Part shown: positions 13,601 to 26,700 of the stretch, one piece after another | How positions within the stretch are numbered: position 1 is the stretch's first letter | How the letters are laid out: every line of letters starts with the position of its first letter | Assembly: GCA_000708835.1 (NCBI GenBank) | Contig: DF237116.1 | Location: 62,001 to 126,000 of the forward strand | Length of the DNA stretch: 64,000 nt | Reading direction: 5' to 3' | Source: Klebsormidium nitens | Lineage: Eukaryota; Plantae; Klebsormidiophyceae | Program-made: the position numbers and the translations under genes | The notes under the pieces: generated by a model | What the model saw: only the letters and a program-made list of their open reading frames with translations | Databases searched by the model: none | Told to the model about the DNA's origin: nothing

Positions 13601-16600
13601 CACTCAGGATGGATTCAACAGATAGCGCTTCCCGTTCCACGCACATCTGATTTGTGAATACAAGGGTAGCGATGAACGATTATAGAACAGACTCTGCAGG
13701 CTCTTCAAGCGACCCTTGAGTACCTAGATAACAACACAATTCCAGGAAACAACAAAGGAACTGCGTCTCAATCTTTTCTAACGGAAGTCACGAACAGCCC
13801 AGTGGTCCAAAGGCGATCTTGTCTAGCGGACTTTTTGCTGACACACATCAAACGCGTCTGGGTGGACTACGGGGGTTTCTTGACGCTGATGAAAGCAGAT
13901 TGACCTCCAAATGAGAACCGCAATTGTCAACACTGGACATCTCATGTCGACAGTTTCTGATGTTAACGCAGCAGGCTCTAGGGTTGTAGATTGTCATGTT
14001 GAACGGTATGCGTCAAAGCTGAAACCCCTGCAAACGTGCTACCAAGCCCGGGTCGGTTTCCAACAAAATGTGTAGAAACCAGGCGTTCGCTCCCTATAAG
14101 CAGCTCCTAACTAGGAAAAACTGACAAAGTCCAGTTGGACGAATAAAGCAGCTGGTGGTCGTCGATTCTGATTACTCTGAAGACTTTCTGGTGTCATCCG
14201 AACGCACAAAAAGCTCTTTGTCAACCAAGCCAAGTTTCTGGGGTAGCAAACTCCTAAAAGCCCTGAGATCCTACTAAGCATAAAACCGACCATATCTGTG
14301 ATTGTGATGCAGTCCGTGTAGCGAAGACGAGGTTACGCTCCATCTTTCGTTTGGTTTTGTAGCTTCTTGTTGGCACGCGCACTTACATCTTCGGCGATGG
14401 TGATAGTGTTGGGGTAGAGTCCGTGCATCATATCGTTGGCCAACATGAGGTAGACCATAGCATCCACGTCTGTGGTCAGCCCAAAGTACTCGCCATAATT
14501 GCCCGTGAATGACATCTGCAAGAGAAAGACGACGACTCGTCGACTGTTCTTAAACGGTTGGTGCTCTATTTTTCTTCGACCTTTCGGCATCCCCGATCAG
14601 TCCCCGTACACGAAGCATTAAGAACCTGCACAATGCTCTATCAGAAGTGAGAATAGAGTACTCTCCCTGTTTTTCGTGGCACCACGTATACAGAGGCAAG
14701 GTTTGCCTCCCTTCGAAATCCAATTAAAAGGGCGACTTCACAACAGTCCGTGCACGGCCGCTGAGCTACAGCCCCTGGTTGCTCGTGATTCCCGATTGCC
14801 CCTTGCAGACACAAACCATTGCTTCAGTTCAGAGTTCCGGTTAGGGCCAATTTCCGCACAGACCGGCTTCTGTCAGGCTGCCTTCCGCTTCTGAAAAGCG
14901 ACGACAGTTTTTTTGGGCATGAAACCTAGTGACTTGCCTCGATTCACAGACAACCCTTGCAAAATCAAGTAACTGTACTTCCGCAACCACAATCAACTCT
15001 GTCATATCGAGTGGGCCATATCCGAAGCGAGATGAGGCACCTTTCATCACTCCGATGGGTCTCATCAACAGATCATGATGCATCCACTTCAAGGCACGAT
15101 ATTCTGTTCAACATGCGGAATCGAGACACCACCTCCGACTAATCACCAATCAAAAACCCAATGACAACCATCCTGACGTATTAACCACAGGCCGTGGTGC
15201 TTTCGCCAGACTCTGCATACTACCAACAACCGAGCAAGGACGCGGACAGAGGGTCAAGCTGACGTCATACCTGGAGTCCGTGGTGAGTGTACATCATGGA
15301 CGTCACCCCATCGAAGCGGAACCCGTCGAACTGGTACTCCTCCAGCCACCACCGCAGGTTGGACAGCAGGAATCGCATCACCTGAAAGTTTTAACCAGAA
15401 TCAACTTTTCTGCGTGCACTTGCAAACACGAGCAGAACGCGTGTTTGCACGGGACGACTGCACTGTTGAGAGTACATCATCTCGAGCACCGCTCCTGACT
15501 GACTACTGCGATGAGCGCCCTTCTGCGCACAACTCGCTGTACTTTGTCTTCTCACGCCCGAGTTTTTGGTGGTTGAAAACGTGCGACAACACGAGCCGGG
15601 CCCTTCGAAGTGATAAAGCCCGTTCCTAACGTCAGGACTCTGCAATTCTAAAACATGAAAGTATGGACTCGTTGCGTCACCCGTTCCATTTTTCACGAGG
15701 GGCAGTACTCATAACCAGTGGTAGAGAAGTGGTGCTGAGTCAGGTCCGTCGTACTGATACAAGCCACCGGGCAAAAAAACCAGAAATAAAGAAATGCAGA
15801 AGCAGCTTCTCACCTCCCAATTGCCATAGTTGAAGAGGCGCGAATCCCACATCCAGTGGTAACCCCGCGCCCCCCAGTGGAAGTAGTGCGCATTAGGCCA
15901 TCACTGCAAACCCGTGAGACCCCAAAATAGTGTTAAATGAGAATTTCTCACCTCCCAGTTGCCGTAGTTGAACAGACGGGAATCCCACATCCAGTGGTAG
16001 CCCCGCGCCCCAGAGTGGAAGTAGTGGGAGTCGGTCCCGTCGAACTGGTTCAGGCCGTCGAGCACGTTGTTGGACGCGTGGGAATGCACTACGTCCATCA
16101 GGACGACGATACCGAGCTCGTGCGCGCGGTCGATGAGCGACTTCAGGTCGTCGGGCGTGCCGCAGCGGGAGGACACAGCAAAGAAGTTGGTCACGTGGTA
16201 CCTGCGAAGATGACGTTGTGCTATGAGAGATTGGTCAGAATAGATCTGAGGGCGTTGGCATCTGAAATTTTGTGTTCTGAGGAGGTTTTCGTCCAAAGTT
16301 GCCAAGCTCGTGCGTGTGGTTGGTGAGCCACTTGAGGTCGTCGGGTGTGCTGCATTGGGACAACACCGCACAGAAGTTGGTCACGTGGTGTCTGAAATTT
16401 GAAACAGATTCTGATCTGAATATTTGGAAGTTTGAGCTTTGGCACGAAGATTCGCGATGTCGCTCTTGATTTGTGAGACACTTCAAGGGGTTCTGAGCTT
16501 GGACTGGGGCAGACGCATCTAGAGCGGAGGAGCGTTAGGTCCTTGGAGTGCCGCAGCGATGGAACTTTACAAGGGACAGAATTCAAGTTTTCTTTAAGCA

Positions 16601-19600
16601 TTCGCGCTTCAAAAAACTGGCAGCTGAAGTGCGTTTCCTTCCCCTTTGCAGCGCACAGTGCTTTGCAACAGTGGAAACTTCGAAGGAGAGGGGAGGGTTA
16701 CAGAACTAGAGCCGACATCAACCTCAGTTAAAGGTGCCGGGACAAGCGTTGTCCAGAAGTCGAAACAGTCACAAAAATCCTGATACGACGAGGCCTGCAG
16801 AATGGGAGCCGCAGACTTCGACTTCATCTGAAGCTGCCGCAGTATGGATCGTCCAGAACTCTAACGAGTCAGCAAACATCCGAATTGACTAGGCCCGCAG
16901 AACCAGAGCCACGAAATGCCATTACTGCCGAAGTAAACGTGCACCTTGATTTAGCAAGCCGAAGAGATCTGCGGAAAAACAAAACCCACGAACGTAAAGC
17001 GGCGGGGTTTGACCTCACCCGAAGCTGCCGTAGTATGCGTGCTCCTGAATGGCCATCAACTGGACCGCGTTGTACCCCAAGGCCTTGATGCGCGGCAACA
17101 CGTCGTCCCGGAACTCTGCGTACGAGTTGATCTTGGGCTCGATGCTGCTCATCCCGACGTGCGCCTCGTAGATGCGGAGGCTGTTGGGGCGGGCGGGCTT
17201 CCCGTGCTTGAACTTGTACAACTCCTGCGGAAAGAGGTGGTAAGAGCGTTTGGAAGTGTTGCCAGTGATAGGGAAAAGGGGTGGATTATAAAACAGAACT
17301 TTAGGGTAGCTGTCAAGTCAGGCGGGCGTTTTGTGCTTAAACACGCACTTTGCCTGCGGGGAGAAAACGTAAGAGCACGTAAACTACGTTTGGGCAATCA
17401 GGAGGGATCGTTTGGGTTTCGAACTGCGGAGACACAGCTTCTTGCGGGACCAGGCCCGCTTGCTTTGTGTGGCTAAGCACGTGCGTTTCCTGGAGCAAAG
17501 GGACGAGGAACGATGACAACAGGCTGAAGATTCACTATACGAGGCTGCTAGGTTGATAAAACGAGTCCTGCTAACTGCTAGGCCCTGCAGGAGAATGTTT
17601 CGCAACATCCTCCCGACGAGTCAAAAAGTATGACAAAAGGCAGGAGAAATAAACTGTCCATTATTCGCAGAGTGCCGCAACAAATCCGCGTGCTCTTGCT
17701 TTATCAAACAGAAACGCAATTGGCATGACCAGCGCTCCACAACGCTTCTCAAATTCGTCACTTTGGGAGACTATAATTCTCGTCTGGTCTCATTTGTTTT
17801 CTTTGAACACTGTTATCCGCCTATGAAAACGTTCTGAAGCAGCTTGTCACCAAAATTGCACATTCACACACTTATCGATCTGACAATCGCCGACAAGATT
17901 GTGCACGGTTACGGCCCCCGCGGTCCCTTCTAGACTGTGTATTCTGTGGGCTTCATCGAAAACTCCTTGCATCAAAGCGTAGGCACAAAGAAAAGACAGG
18001 TTTCAGACCTCCATTCAAGGCAAAGCGCGGGTTGATTGAGGAGCTTACCTCCTCTGGCGGGTCGTAGTAGATCCCGTTGTACGGAATCTCCCCTGGGGCT
18101 TGCACCGCAAACTTGATCCAAGCCGGGATGGAGTCTTTCCAGCCCGAAGGAGTGTCCATGTGGATCTGCAGAAGCCAACGGATAGGGTAGAAAGGGGATG
18201 AAAGCAAATAAACACCCTGTGGCATCAATGACAAATAAGGCTTTACCCTTGCCGTTTGATGCTCCTAGGTCCACTACTCCGCTTGGAAACAAGTTGCCCT
18301 TTCTTCGTAATCAGGGACGCAAGTCTTACTGACTCGACAAATGCGTGGGCTCTTGATCCGACTCCGATTTCCCCAACCCTTGCAGCTCCCAGCATTTCCA
18401 GTCAGGCAATAAATCAGCGCTTTTGAAAACCAGACAGCTCAGACGATCAGTCCGCTTCCACCCCCTCACCTTCACACGGGACCCGTGCGGGATCGCAGGG
18501 GACCCGTCCGCATTGTCCGGCAGCGTGATCTCAAACACGCCAAACTCGTTCTTGGTCATGACGTCAGCGTTCGTGTTCCAGTTGTTGAAATCTCCAATCA
18601 GGGACGCCCACTTGGCGCCTGGGGCCCACTCCCGATAGGTGATGCCTTTCCCGGAGCGCGTGAAGCCGAGCTTCTCGTACCCCCGGGAGAACGCCTCGAG
18701 CCCGCCCTCGTACTTTTCGATCTCACCGCGCCACTTCTTGTACTGGCCGTACCTAGAACCGATACACATGCACGTCAGCAAAATGTATGATAACTCATTA
18801 GGCATTGCTCTCAAGAGACGGGGGAGTAATGGATACTTATCGTCGTCGGAAGTCGAAGGTGCCAGAGCGCCTTTGGTAATTCTGGCAGGCCAACTTATTG
18901 GCCTTACATAGATACACAAATAAATCCGAATCGAAAAGCCCCGCACATTTGTCAGACCGGCCGGTCGAAAGCAGGCCAGTCGGGTATCTTGCTTCATTAT
19001 GACCCCAAACATGCCAAATCTTACATCAGGGACGCAGTAGCCTCCAGGCGCCTGCACCTCGTGTAACCGCTGATCTGTCCCTCCCAAACGATATCCTAGT
19101 TTACAACCCAAGACATAGATTAAAGATTCTGGACTTGCACAAACCTGCCCTGGAGGGCGTCCCTGCTCAACACAGATAACTTCCCTCGTACTTGCTTGCC
19201 CCCTGCTAATGTCACCACCGGTGTGCGCTCACAGATTCTGTGGGTCGCTGACGAGCCCAAGTTACAAGTCAGGCTCACCTGTACTCCAGGTGATCTCTGT
19301 ACGGCTCTAGGAAGGGGTCCTGCTTGTAGATTTCCTGGCCCTCCCCAGGGGGTGGCATCACAGAGGGGGCCGCCATTGGACCCGCCTCGCCCGTAACCTT
19401 CACCCTCAGCTTGGCATTCTCCTGCTTCAGCGAATCGATCTCCCGCTCGATGCGTGCGGTCTCGCTCTCGAGGTCCGCGACGGCGGCGTCATCCCCTTGC
19501 AGAGTCTCTAACTTCTGCAGTCAAAACAGGTCAGAAAAGGGTTAGGAACCGGGCAACGATGCCTAATCTTCGGTTCAGGGCTTTCAGAAGTTGGCCGACT

Positions 19601-22205
19601 CCTTGGAAAGAGCGTTCTCGAGATCCTCAACAGAGGCGTCGTCCTCATGGAGAATATCAAACTTCTGCAGAACACAAAAGATTAGTGGCGGGCTAGGAAT
19701 CAGTGAAGAATAGCTTGATGTTGCGTTTAGCGGGCTCCCGTGCACAGCGGCACCCTCATGGAGCTCTTCACGCTTTTCCACTTTCTGGACAAGTTTGACC
19801 AAGGGTAAGGATTGGAGACGCCCAGTAGAAAGGGGTCAGAAAGATGGTATAAAAGGCCCAATGAAGGGTAGAGCGCTCTCAAGGCCATTGCCAGGGGGCG
19901 GTTGGTTAACAGCGGCTCTCTACACCAACGAATTCAAAATCAAAGCCTGTGTAAGGGTGAAAAAACAACGGAGCTTGGCACGGGTTCCCTCTACAAACTT
20001 TGGCCCAGAATGGTCCTCATTCACAAGCTTCCTCTACTTATATTGCAAGGTGTGGCAGTGGCGCAGAACCGGGTTATATTCGTGAAGCATGGGTTAGCTG
20101 AAAGATCTTAGCACTGGATCGCCCTCGCTCTTGAGGTTGCACCTAACCTGGAACAACTCTCCAACTTTTGCTATCGGCAATCGTTCCAGCAAAGCTACGG
20201 GAGCATTTTGGTAAATCAACCTCAGCTTCCGAGTTTTGGTGTTTCTCAAGGTGCTCAAAAAGAGGCGCGCTCTTCGACAAAGAGTCTGGCTTCCACGTTC
20301 GAAAAGGTCAGGAAACGGTCTAAGACGGATCACGCACAGGCCTCGTCAACTCCCAGAGCCTGAAGGAGGCGGCCAGCTCTCTTGCTTCAATGTTGAGAGC
20401 ATGGTACAGCGGGCTCAGTGGTTGTTTTGATTTGAGGGTCACCAAGCGCAGATCTACTTTATCAAATACTTGGAACCCCCTCCTAGATACCCTAAACGTG
20501 CCACATTGCGACAACCACCATTACGCCTCTCAGCAGCCAGTAGCATTTTTTGTTCGCGATGCATCATTCGCTCCTTATTGAAGTTCGGAGAGTTCCCACT
20601 GAGATTTAGAAGCAGAGTTCTTGATTTCTGCTCCCTCCGTCTGTCTTTGTGCCCTGATACGGATGACTGTCAAAATCGTGCTGCGCTTGAACAGCAAAAC
20701 ACTCGAGCGGTTCCTGCAACGATGTTTGACTACCTTTGATGCACGCTTTCAGCCCCATCAGAAGCAGCGGCGACTATATAAATGATTCAGACTGCTCCAG
20801 CTGAAATTCGGAAGTTTTGCAAATGACTCAGTTTGCTCCGACCTTAACTTAGGATTTTGGCAACTTTGATTACCTCCTCAGAAGCCTTGATGGTCTCTTT
20901 AAGATCCTTGGCCGCTTTGGCTGCATCAGTGACTTTCGTCCTTGACACCTGAGCCCGCGCCCCTTGCCTCGCTGCATTCTTCCCCGCCTTTGTGCGCTTC
21001 GCGAGAGGTTTGAGGGACTCGTTCTGACAGGCGAAGGTATCTGTGCGCAGATGGTTGTGGTGTCAGAGATCTGGATGCTTGCGACGATTCGGACCGCAAT
21101 TTTTACCATGTGATGACCAGACTTGCGAGATTGAAGTCCTTACAGAATGAGCGCAGAGTACAAGTCGCTTTAAAAAGCTGGGCGAAATACAGGGTCACGC
21201 AAAGAATGTCAGTATCAAAAAACCCTAGAGATGAGTTCATGACTTGGAATAGTAAGAAAAAGCTCTTCTAAGTCCTGCCAGGAATGTGTCATCTTTGATA
21301 GGACTTTCTCTTGGGGTGCCAGTGCGTCTTTCTCACCGGAATCGTCACAATGCAAGTAAGCGGACCCAAGTGACGTACCTTCAAATCTACAAAAATCTAC
21401 AGTTGACGGTGTTTTGCTCAGAAAAATGCCCTAGGATGCTGAAAGGCTCAGGAATCCAAGCGGAATTCCAAGGGTTTGAGGATTGGCTGAGCACTCCTAA
21501 AGGCAGTTGTCCATTGACATGGAAGATACTTGAGTGACTGCTTTCCGCAACTTTGCAGTTGATTCAATGGACAAGAGAGGTTTACAACAGCCAATGTGTG
21601 CAATTGTCTGGATGGCATGTCAAAAGACAAGAGATTGATGTACGCAAGAACATGGTCAGGGGAACAGGCACAGCAAAGCAGGCAAGAATAAAATATTCGC
21701 AATAGCCTGGCGATCTGCAACCAGATCTGAGGTAAATTAGAGTTTGGACGACATCACATGTTAAACCTTTCATTGATTCTCACAAGCTATGATACTGCTC
21801 AAGCGAGTCAATCAAGCCCCGGACACGAAAGCGCCAAAGATTACATCGTCCTTCTATGTGGTCCGAATCAGCAGCCCTTACGTATTTCCAGGCACGTTCT
21901 CATGCACGTAATATCAACCGAATCCAGCTCCATTGAGTCGTGTAGCAACCCCGGAGAGGTTACTCATTGAGGTTGATCAGAGATACTTGAGCACAAGCTA
22001 ACTGAATCAAGGCATGGAAACACTGAAGCAGAAATAAAGTGACTCTGGCCATGAAATATTACTTACTCGACCATGCCACGTGTTCAGGTCTGTGAAGGGA
22101 GACCGGGATCGAACAAACGGGTCCGCAATGCAGCCTATCTACTCCACTAGTCCTCGTGAGTTCGGACCACCTGCCTCCCAATTGCACCACCCGGCTTGTT
22201 GCCAT
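7655..22205 (-). CDS. SBE2: 1,4-alpha-glucan (starch) branching enzyme, SBE2 type (GH13_8), with transit-peptide-like N-terminus
   Basis: About 16 exons with GT-AG sites, phases checked at many junctions: 22067-22205, ~20874-21040, 19279-19514 ([26 protein letters not shown]), 18470-18752 (YREWAPGA), 18049-18165, ~17018-17225 ([24 protein letters not shown]), 15952-16201 ([10 protein letters not shown]), ~15271-15382 ([14 protein letters not shown]), ~14379-14516 (TIAEDVS), ~13366-13510, 12699-~12843 ([13 protein letters not shown]), ~10458-10604 ([12 protein letters not shown]), 9825-~9982 (WIDFPR), ~8840-8997, ~8117-8227, 7655-7699 ([14 protein letters not shown]). Confidence 0.97.
8228..8430 (-). 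repeat. Two echoes of SBE acceptor + exon start (~95-100 bp units)
   Basis: CAG|ATCGTTCTTGACTC...AAGGAGTTCGGCGGG recurs with AG at 8228 (true), 8327 and 8421. Confidence 0.85.
9225..9298. repeat. Intronic hairpin: 28-bp stem with a 1-nt bulge and 17-nt loop, derived from exon-start sequence
   Basis: AGTTCATGATGTCCCGCCATCAGTGCACT (9225-9253) pairs with AGTGCACTGATGGGGGACATCATGAACT (9271-9298). Confidence 0.9.
9345..9905 (-). repeat. Three echoes of SBE exon end + donor (154-161 bp units)
   Basis: ...GAGGAGAAGTATGGG|GTAAGG recurs with donor positions 9824 (true), 9663, 9509 and 9352. Confidence 0.9.
10560..11592 (-). repeat. Array of SBE acceptor + exon-start echoes ([17 protein letters not shown]), interrupted by the gap
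   Basis: Acceptors at 10605 (true), 10781/11226, 11392 and 11585 (AG lost). Confidence 0.85.
10813..11184. other. Assembly gap (372 N)
   Basis: Run of N; the 73 nt before it (10740-10812) are identical to the 73 nt after it (11185-11257). Confidence 0.99.
12440..12720 (-). repeat. Tandem ~90-bp echoes of SBE exon end + donor
   Basis: GGACAAG|GTGAGG at 12698 (true) and 12612 (intact GT), and GGACAAG|GACAGG at 12521. Confidence 0.85.
15808..15905 (-). repeat. Echo of SBE exon end + intact donor ([24 protein letters not shown]|GT)
   Basis: Copy of ~15946-16030, 138 bp downstream in transcription order. Confidence 0.92.
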
Positions 22206-23741
22206 CTTGTTCCACTTAGATGTATCTAAAGTTGGCGGGTCTACGACCAATCGGATCTAGCCTGGGACATTCTTCTCAACGCGAGCAAGGCCTCCCTAGC
22301 TGTCCCCTCTACCACATTCCAAATCTGTAAAAGCCTCAAAGCATGGGGAGATCTGGAATCAACGCAAACGCTGTGGATATTTTCACGTCTGTGCAAGAAG
22401 CTGATTCCTCGCTGAATCTTAAGATTGCGATGCATGCGAACAGGAAGGTTTGCACACCAGCAGTGGAGACTGTGTAAACCAAAAGTTTCCGAGCAGCCCC
22501 TGGGCCCGGTAAAGCTCAGCAGCTTCGAATGAAAAGGCCACTGAAGCCGTCAAATGGTTATCGACACGAAACTTGGATGGTACAGATCTAAGTTGAGTCA
22601 CAGACCATGTAGCAGCCCCCATGGGAGCCGGAGCGTCAACCTTTCAGTGGTCAGACCTTGACCCGGCGACGGTTTGGTTAGCATGGGCCATAAAGAGCGG
22701 CCGCGCAACACTCCACTGTGCGGCCGCGAGGAACCCCTGCGCGGGTTATGCAGAGCGTAGCTAGCCTTGCGCGGTTGGGCCGGCCGCGGCGGGCCGGCGG
22801 CGCGCGGCAAATAGCTATATAGACCATGCGCTGGCAGGAGTCGCTAGTCGCCAGATCTCGCGTACATGGCCGTCTAGCTGCAGCTCAGGCGTATAAAGTT
22901 GAACTTCACTTGAAGCTATGCAGTACTGGCAGGCTGGCATGCTAAGCGCCGGTATCATCATGCACATTGCATACAGATATGATATTGGTGACTTCGCCAG
23001 TCTTGTACAAGAAATTGGGTCGCCTGCATCGGGCGCTTGCATCAGAGTTTAGAGTCAATTCTACATTAAGCGAGCCGCGCCGCCTTGTAAATAGGATAAG
23101 AACGCCTTCGATCGTACTGCCAATTAGTGGTCGATCATTCCTCTTGGATGCCGTGGCCGTACATGAGGCCGTGTACTGTCGCAACCAATAACAGCATTCC
23201 ACGGACCCGCGGCAGTGAATCGTTGAGCTATACCAGCTGACCCGCATGCATACCGCGCGCCACGTCTGCTTGGTGACGCATTTTCGTTTCGCTGTCATTC
23301 TTCAAGCGAAGGCCGTCCTTGTGCGGCGCGGGGTGTGCACTTTTCTGTTCTCAATAACGTACTGACTTCTAATTGGAAATTATGATGTCTGTCACACGGT
23401 TTCAGCCGTTGTCGGTACGTGACAAGTACACGTGGATGATTGAGCGGTTGCGTTTTATCGAACTACTTTTCCGGGGTGTACTTGGCCGCTGCCCCTATGA
23501 TTCCGACACAAGCATCACCCTGATCCACGCAAGGCTGATAGGAGGGAGAAAAGCTATGACAGTTCCTAATTGGAGGTTGAACCAGGCCAAACGCGTATGC
23601 CAGATTCCAGCAGCTACCTGACGAAACGTCCGTTTTACCATGAATTAATGTACAAACCCTTTTAGCACCACCGCAAATATACAAATACTGTAAACCTACA
23701 ATAAGGCGTATCAATTTATAAGGCTTTCTCAGCGAAAGCTC

Positions 23742-26700
23742 TCAAGTAATCAACTCGTGCACCTTTTCCGCAATGACGCTCGGCTTGGCGGGCTTGAACA
23801 GCACTCCGTTCATCCCGGCGCTGGAGCAAGCCTCGTGAAGCTCCTCGGTGCTTGCATTGGCTGTATACGCAATGATGACTGTACTCCGACCTCCCAGGGG
23901 TTGTTCGAGCTCACGGATGAGACGGGTCGCCGCATATCCGTCGAGAATCGGCATCTGCATTTGATAAGGAGTAGACGCTCAGCCCCAGCAGCAACCACAT
24001 AACCCTGGCAAGATCTTGCACTGATCCCCACCGATAAGTCAGAAGCTTTGACTTCGCACCTCCTTCTAGCAAGCAACAAGATGTGATCGGCTTTGGAATA
24101 CGGCGTTCGAGCTCGGCTTGGTCTTGCAAAGCTGATGGCAGTTCAAGTGTGACCGCACTGATCGCCTGGGAGTTTGCTCCGGCCAAACGGAGATCTCCGA
24201 TTATGGATTGAATGTAAGGTCTCAGATTCTGGACCGCATCCAGATGCCCGATTTGTGTGTAAGATGATCATTAGAAAAGCGCCCTAAAAGAAGGGAACAT
24301 TGACTAGCTTCCCCCTCAAAGCAACAGGAAAGTGCTTGGCCTCAATACGGAACAGAAAGAGACATTTAGAAAAAGGGAAAACTGTGCTAAGCATGGTTGG
24401 AGGCAGGGCAGAATCCTTCCAGGGTACGAAACCGATTGAATTCGAAAGTGCAGGTTGCATAAACCGATAAATGGAGCGAATCCAAAGATCTTTCCCTATT
24501 TGCCGAATCCTCGGTTCTCGAGGAGAAAACGTAGAATGCAAGCTCGCAGAAGTGCGCTAGCTGAAGAGGAACGAGTTCCAAAGTAGAGAACGTTTTTCAC
24601 CCACCGGCTTCGCCAAGAAAACAAAGCTTTTATACACAAGGAACTCTGACAACTGACCTCGATATCCATCAATACGAAGTCGACCCGCGCGCGCGCGGCC
24701 GGCGCCGCTCCGAGCGCGCTCAGCCGCAGCGCGTTGACGCTCTCCATCCCGTCGCAACACAGCTCCACGCGCGCGCCCAACTTTTCGAGCGCGCGCTTTG
24801 CAGCCACGCGCAGGAACTGGTTGTCGTCCACCACGAGTGCGCGCATCCCGTCCAGCGGAGGCCGGGGGGGTCCGTTCGCGGGCTCAACGGAGGGGGGGTG
24901 GGGAATGATCCGGGACTTTGACCCCCCTATCGGGGATATGACTTCGATTCTCACAAGATTCCCCGGGATCACCTCTGGCAATTTAAGCCGTCCTGTAGCA
25001 AGCCCTCGAGTGGATTGGCGCTCACTTTGTACATTTTCTGCGTCCGTATTCGAAGTAAGCCCGTCCGAGACTAGTGTTTGATTGATGGTAATAGGCTCCG
25101 AGATGAGGCTTTCGACGAGGCGTTTAAGTTTGGAGGGGTAGAATGGAAGGTAGACTATGTCCGCAAAGCCGTGATCTTTCAAGACTTGACAAACGGTGGG
25201 AGGGGTATCCTTTTCGGCGACGAAAACAATTCGTACTTGGCGCTGGTGTTCGCCTGCACAGAACAAGCGAGGTCTGTTCAGCTGTGCATCGCAGTGGACA
25301 TGACGTTCACTGATGAAGAAACAACAACTCATCCGGTTGAATAACAGGAGTTGTTTGAAGGAAGCAGGAGGCGCCAGATGCAATGTCTCCTTGCGAAGAT
25401 GAACGGCGAGCCGACTCTACCCACACTGAGGAAAGAGATTTGAAAGAAACAACAAGCCAGTCATCGCAAGATTCACGAGTCGAAGCGAACGGAATGAGAA
25501 GACCAAGGGATCCAAACCAGTACAAACTCAAAAGCAAACCTCTCCGCAACTCATTTCTTTCCGGTGTGACTACGAAGAGCTCATCCTATTCGATAACCTC
25601 ATGAATAGTCATATCGAGCGTCCACCAATGAAGTCACTTACCGGCATCGCCCGTCAGCGTCGCTTCCTGTAGCCGCTCGAGTTCTCGCTCTAGTTGTTCT
25701 AGTTGTTGTAGGTCGCCCAATTCGCCCAGCAACGACAACTCAATAACCGCACAGTTAATCTGCTCTTCGTCTTCACAGGACGTCACCCCTTGGCTGTGAT
25801 CGGCGGCAACTCCTCTGTGAAACCCTTGCAACGGGGGCCCTGTCTCAAACCTGGGCTCCGCCGGCTCCGTTGACGGCTCAGCGAAGGCGCTTGCAACCGG
25901 AACGGACTCACTCGGAGAGTAGCGGAGGCGAGCGAGCTCCTGGATGGCGCTCAGGGCGTCTTCCCAGGCCGCCACGTGGCAGACGCTCGCTCCGCGAGCG
26001 CGCAACTTTCTCAAAACTAGTTCTCGCGTCTGCAACGGCCGCATCGCGAGCACCACATCCAATCTTGCCCAATGATTTGCACCGGTTTCACTAACCGTTT
26101 CCGCTCTACCGGAGTTTTCCAGCGCAACGTCAAACCGGACAAGGCACCCGGGCCCGGGCTTATCAGCGAAAGCCACGTGTCCTCCCATCAAGCCCACGAG
26201 CTTCTTCACAATCCCCAGCCCTAGCCCGGTGCCTCCGTGCGCCTGTGACGTGGCCGCCCCGTCCGCCTGTGCGTAGTCCATAAAGATGACGTCACGCTTT
26301 TCGGGGCTGACGCCGCACCCGGTGTCTTCGACCTCGAGAAGGAGCCGGGTTAGGGTTGCGGTCGGGGTATCGGTTAAGGGGGTAACCGAGGAAGGGGACC
26401 GCTGGAAGGGTACCGGTGGAAGGTTTCCCGGTGGAGAAGGGGCTTGGGGAAAATTGACCGCAGGAAGATCCACCGGTCGTGACTCGTCCGGAGGCGCCAA
26501 AGAGCACCTGACGCGAATGAAGCCGTCCTGCAGAAAAGAGTATTTCCTTCGAATGGAACCGAATCCCGGATCTATAGTAAAAGGGTCGCTGGAGCCGCAC
26601 TTCGCATGTTGCGTATTGGCTCCGGTCGTATGCTGAGAGCTAAATCAACTTTGTTACTTGGGAGACACAGGGCGAAGTAAGTCCTTCTTCAGAATCTTGA

